DNA from: Candidatus Nanohaloarchaea archaeon
GTDB taxonomy: Archaea; Nanohalarchaeota; Nanosalinia; Nanosalinales; Nanosalinaceae
Length of the DNA: 50,987 nt
Reading direction: 5' to 3'
Assembly (NCBI GenBank): GCA_046497485.1
Contig: JAWOFP010000006.1
Coordinates: 1 to 50,987 of the forward strand
This document shows positions 47,239-50,987 of the stretch, piece by piece. The first letter of the stretch is position 1; every line of letters starts with the position of its first letter. The position numbers and the translations under genes were made by a program. Under the pieces are notes generated by a model. The model saw only the letters and a program-made list of their open reading frames with translations. It was not told the DNA's origin and ran no database searches.

Positions 47239-47646
47239 TTATTCTGGATAAATCTGGGCAGTTTCATTTAGGTATTCTATATTTAACTCGTAAATGCCTT
47301 GATCAGTTGGGATATCGGTTGAGTTGATGTCTGTGTCAAAGGATGTTGAAAAGTTCTTTTTCTGTTCTCCTCGGGCCTGTGTGAATATCAAGGCCTGCTG
47401 CTGTGAATACACTGTTTCAATATTTCCAGGTACTTGGAATTCTACTGTTTGCTGGCTTTTCTCTCCTGATGCGGCTACTTGATCAACTGTTTCTCCTAAC
47501 TGATTTATTTCGGACTGGAAGTTTGCGTCCTCTGAACTAATCGCTAAGTCTATCATTGAGTCCTGTGCCTCTACAACGAAAGGAGTCGCTAAAACAAGTG
47601 CTATGCCGACAACTCCTACAAATTCTATAGAGGCCTGTCCCTTCAT
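47239..47646 (-). CDS. Minor pilin, paralog of the N-terminus of the giant adhesin
   Basis: MKG/QASIEF; LATPF, VP.NI, IFTQ.R, PT..G.Y shared with the first ~135 aa of 43313-47185. Confidence 0.82.
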   Translation of the reverse strand: MKGQASIEFVGVVGIALVLATPFVVEAQDSMIDLAISSEDANFQSEINQLGETVDQVAASGEKSQQTVEFQVPGNIETVYSQQQALIFTQARGEQKKNFSTSFDTDINSTDIPTDQGIYELNIEYLNETAQIYPE

Positions 47647-47746
47647 ACTTTCTATTTGTGGTGCCGGATTAAAATCAATTTGTGCGACACTACCCCAGGA
47701 TTACAACGGCCGATTTAAATGGAGGCCTCGCCCATTTACAGTTATT

Positions 47747-50284
47747 ATGGAAGGCGAAAGCGTACTCTGGTTCAAGGAAATCGGAGCAAATGATAAGGCA
47801 AAAGTAGGTGGAAAGAGCGCAAATCTCGGAGAACTTCAAAAAGAGGTGGATGTACCTGTACTGCCAGGATTTGCTACAACAGCAGATGCGTACGATCACT
47901 TTATCCATGAGACAGGCCTAAAAAATAAGATTGAGGAGACTTTAGACGATTTAGATAATGATGATGTAAAGGATTTACAGATGAGAGGCCAGCAGATCCG
48001 TTCAATGATTAAGGAAGCGGATATGCCTCGAGACCTTAAAAATGAGTTCGCAGCAGCCTACGAGCAGTTAGAGGAAAATCTTGGAGTAGAGAATCCTGAA
48101 GTAGCTGTTCGTTCAAGCGCTACAGCAGAGGATCTTCCCGGAGCATCTTTCGCCGGACAACAAGAGACTTACCTAAATGTTTCAGGTAAACAAGATTTAG
48201 TTAAAAGAATTAAGGACTGCTTCGCCTCCTTATTTACAAACAGAGCGATTTCCTATAGAGAAGACAAGGACTTCTCACATTTCGATGTAAAGTTAAGCGC
48301 TGTAGTCCAGAAAATGGGTAGAAGTGATGTAGGTGCGGCAGGAGTAATGTTCACAATGGACCCTGACTCAGGATTCGAAAATGTAGTAACAATCAACGGA
48401 AGCTACGGCCTAGGAGAATATGTAGTACTAGGAGAAGTTAATCCTGACGAGTTCACAGTATTCAAAGAGAATCTCGGTATAATTGAAAAGCACAAAGGAG
48501 AGAAAGAAGTAAAACTTGTTAGAAACCCTGACCACGAGCAGGGAGACGATACTGAGAACAAAGAAGAAAAAGTTCCAAAGAGTGATAGAGAAAAGTTCTG
48601 TATAACAGACAACCAGGTTGTCGAACTCGCTAAATATGCGATGAAAATTGAGGACCACTACGGAAAGCCTATGGATATCGAATGGGTTCTCGATGGCCAA
48701 ACCAATGAACTATATATTGTCCAGGCAAGGCCTGAAACCGTTCAAGCCGAGAAGGATGAAAACATAATAGAAGACTACAAGCTCAAGGAAGAGTCCGAAG
48801 TTCTTCTTGAGGGATCCGCGATCGGATCAAAGATCGGTTCAGGAAAAGCCCATGTACTGGAGTCTCCTAAACAAATCGATCAGTTCGAGGAAGGAGAAGT
48901 CCTAGTAACAGACATGACAGATCCAGACTGGGAGCCTATTATGAAGAAGGCCGGAGCAATAATCACAAACAAAGGAGGAAGAACAAGTCACGCAGCAATC
49001 GTCTCCAGAGAACTAGGAGTTCCCGCCGTGATTGGAACCGAAAACGCAACCTCCAAAATACCTAACAAAAAGGCCGTGACGGTTGACTGTTCGTCAAGCA
49101 CAGGAAAGATCTGGGACGGAGAAATAGAGTTCGAAGTAGAAGAACACCACTTAGATAATATTCCCGATACGGAGACAGATGTCCAGATTAACATAGGTGA
49201 ACCGAGCGAAGTCTTCCATCTAGCGCAGTTACCTGTAGATGGAGTAGGCCTTGCAAGAGAAGAGTTCATTATCTCAAGTCATGTGGGAGAGCACCCGCTT
49301 AAACTTATTGAAGAAGGCCGTGAAGATGAGTATGTCAGAGCGCTTCGTTCAGGCCTCGGAAAAATTGGAGCAGCTTTCTATCCAGACCAAGTAGTTGTAA
49401 GACTTTCAGACTTTAAGTCTGATGAGTATGCTGACTTGAAGGGCGGAGAAGATTACGAGCCGGATGAAGCTAATCCTATGCTTGGATTCAGAGGCGCCTC
49501 CCGTTACTATGATGAGGTCTTTTCTCAGGCCTTCGAGCTTGAATGTAAAGCACTGCGTCAGGCGATCGACGACTTAGGACTGGATAACATCACGATCATG
49601 GTTCCTTTCTGCCGTACAGTAGATGAAGGAAAGAATGTTCGTGCCAAGATGAAAGAGTACGGACTTGACCAGGGAGATATCGATGTCTTTGTGATGGCAG
49701 AGCTTCCTGCTAACATTTTGAGAGCAGAGGCATTCAGCGATGTATTCGATGGATTTTCCATTGGTACTAATGACTTGACTCAGACTACTTTGGGAGTAGA
49801 TAGGAACAGTGATAAGTTGAAGGACTTGTTCGATGAAAGGGATGAAGCAGTCAAAGAATCCGTATCGACTTTAATCGATAAGGCTCATAGAAAAGGTAGA
49901 CATGTCGGTATCTGTGGAGATGCACCGAGTACACACGATGAGTATGCGCCTTTCCTAGTAGATGAGGGAATCGATGCTATCTCAGTCAGTCCCGATGTTG
50001 CTTTAGAGACTATCTTGAAAGTAGCCGAGGCAGAAGAAAACAGAGACTCAAAAGTGCCTGTCCAGGTAGGAGAAAACTTCAGTAAACAAGATGTTGGAAA
50101 CGCAGCTGGAGAGATTTATGACACACTGAATCAGCATGGATCTGCTAAGGCCTCAGCCTTGAAGAGTTACACTTCTGATCTGCATGATCAGGTGCGTGAA
50201 CAGGCCTTAGGATGGCTTGCGAAAGAAGATAAAGTTGAGATAGATGAAGAGAACGGCGAGATAACCTATAGGCTAGATGAGTAA
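47747..50284 (+). CDS. ppsA: Phosphoenolpyruvate synthase with extra C-terminal winged-helix domain
   Basis: VGGKSANLGE, AVRSSATAEDLP.ASFAGQQ, QARPETV, GGRTSHAAIVSRELG, NPMLGFRG, FSIGTNDLTQ; start moved from 47603 to ATG 47747 behind a TTTAAA box. Confidence 0.96.
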   Translation: MEGESVLWFKEIGANDKAKVGGKSANLGELQKEVDVPVLPGFATTADAYDHFIHETGLKNKIEETLDDLDNDDVKDLQMRGQQIRSMIKEADMPRDLKNEFAAAYEQLEENLGVENPEVAVRSSATAEDLPGASFAGQQETYLNVSGKQDLVKRIKDCFASLFTNRAISYREDKDFSHFDVKLSAVVQKMGRSDVGAAGVMFTMDPDSGFENVVTINGSYGLGEYVVLGEVNPDEFTVFKENLGIIEKHKGEKEVKLVRNPDHEQGDDTENKEEKVPKSDREKFCITDNQVVELAKYAMKIEDHYGKPMDIEWVLDGQTNELYIVQARPETVQAEKDENIIEDYKLKEESEVLLEGSAIGSKIGSGKAHVLESPKQIDQFEEGEVLVTDMTDPDWEPIMKKAGAIITNKGGRTSHAAIVSRELGVPAVIGTENATSKIPNKKAVTVDCSSSTGKIWDGEIEFEVEEHHLDNIPDTETDVQINIGEPSEVFHLAQLPVDGVGLAREEFIISSHVGEHPLKLIEEGREDEYVRALRSGLGKIGAAFYPDQVVVRLSDFKSDEYADLKGGEDYEPDEANPMLGFRGASRYYDEVFSQAFELECKALRQAIDDLGLDNITIMVPFCRTVDEGKNVRAKMKEYGLDQGDIDVFVMAELPANILRAEAFSDVFDGFSIGTNDLTQTTLGVDRNSDKLKDLFDERDEAVKESVSTLIDKAHRKGRHVGICGDAPSTHDEYAPFLVDEGIDAISVSPDVALETILKVAEAEENRDSKVPVQVGENFSKQDVGNAAGEIYDTLNQHGSAKASALKSYTSDLHDQVREQALGWLAKEDKVEIDEENGEITYRLDE

Positions 50285-50311
50285 AATATTCTTTTACTCT
50301 CTTTTCTCTTA

Positions 50312-50728
50312 TTATCTGAAATCTATTCTTGATTTGTAGACTTGTTCTCCCTGATGCTTTACTGTAACCCATTTCTGTCCATCAACAGGGACAGTCTCAG
50401 CATCGTAGACTCCTACTGCATAACATGTGTGTTCAAAGTCTTGAGGCTCGAACTCATCTTCAGCGTAGACGTTTAGAATTATTCTATCGTTTCTTTCTTC
50501 GTATGTGTACTTCATGTCTGCTTGAGTATTTTGAACTGGGAAGAATCCTTCGACTTGTAAATGGTTGTTCTGAGCGGAGACATCTACTGATTCGCCTCTG
50601 TCGAATCTGCACTCGGTCTCGAGATCTGTAAAATGAATTTCCTGTGCGTTAACCCCTAAAATTAGGCCTGTTACTCCGACTAGTAGTATTGTGAATGTGA
50701 TCCCCCAGAACTTTGACATAGTTACCAT
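50312..50728 (-). CDS. Secreted or membrane-anchored hypothetical protein
   Basis: N-terminal hydrophobic segment, beta-rich body with two Cys. Confidence 0.65.
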   Translation of the reverse strand: MVTMSKFWGITFTILLVGVTGLILGVNAQEIHFTDLETECRFDRGESVDVSAQNNHLQVEGFFPVQNTQADMKYTYEERNDRIILNVYAEDEFEPQDFEHTCYAVGVYDAETVPVDGQKWVTVKHQGEQVYKSRIDFR

Positions 50729-50821
50729 TTAGAGACAAAAGGATTTAAACCCTATGGAGTAGCAACTTTGAGAGGGCTTGTATCAGGATTTATTAAGAAG
50801 GAATACGAACTGAACTATATA

Positions 50822-50987
50822 ATGGCTGACGGACGCGTCATAGGAATTATCTCAGGGAAAGGAGGAGTAGGAAAGACCTCACTCACAGTAAATATGGGAA
50901 TAGCCCTGAAACAGCTTGGAAACGAAGTCACTTTAGTAGACGCAGACTTCTCAGCCTCAAACCTTGGAGTATACCTCGGAAGATACG
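50822..50987 (+). CDS. minD: MinD/ParA-family ATPase, 5' part (truncated by window end)
   Basis: Manual translation MADGRVIGIISGKGGVGKTSLTVNMGIALKQLGNEVTLVDADFSASNLGVYLGRY; deviant Walker A. Confidence 0.88.
   Translation, partial: MADGRVIGIISGKGGVGKTSLTVNMGIALKQLGNEVTLVDADFSASNLGVYLGRY

Larger units (their letters stand above)
55..50669. repeat. Dispersed highly iterated palindrome AGGCCT (about 180 copies)
   Basis: Hand count, e.g. starts at 55, 355, 561, 974, 1167, 1304, 1513, 1736, 1858, 2509, 2801 ... 50664; about 3.5 per kb. Confidence 0.93.

Noticed and set aside
47603..47746. 48-aa N-terminal extension of PpsA in the ORF track
   Set aside because: Overlaps the divergent pilin gene and its promoter; a TATA box precedes ATG 47747, where PpsA similarity begins
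1..50987. CRISPR array, rRNA, transposase or integrase
   Set aside because: No regularly spaced repeats, no long non-coding stretch and no recognisable recombinase motifs

Overview
Gene-dense, roughly 40% GC archaeal chromosome segment with a very acidic proteome and short TATA-box/leaderless intergenic regions; best fit is a Nanohaloarchaeota (DPANN) genome (inference). It contains conserved translation and transcription operons (L44e-S27e-aIF2a-Nop10-PAC2, rpoK-eno-S2, L7Ae-S28e-L24e-aIF5B, S19e-PDCD5-L39e-L31e-aIF6), DNA repair genes (Nre, XPD, an AddAB-like pair), RNA processing genes (fibrillarin, Nop5, HARP, RNase Z, Trm-G10, aTrm56), tRNA-Gly(TCC), a DUF433/DUF5615 toxin-antitoxin pair, a glycolipid-like GT4/UPF0104 cluster, thrS, a type IV pilus locus, PEP synthase and the start of minD. 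The strongest unexplained signal is the palindrome AGGCCT: about 180 copies by hand count versus about 7 expected, in all reading frames, thin in orphan genes and sitting just after several TATA boxes, i.e. a HIP1-like highly iterated palindrome. Other highlights: a 1290-aa pilin-adhesin with Russian-doll nested LamG modules, a k-turn hairpin in the L7Ae leader, a micro-ORF/anticodon-like element upstream of thrS, a PEP synthase-winged-helix fusion and a pilin paralog lacking its prepilin cleavage site. Family assignments come from motif recognition only; no searches were run.
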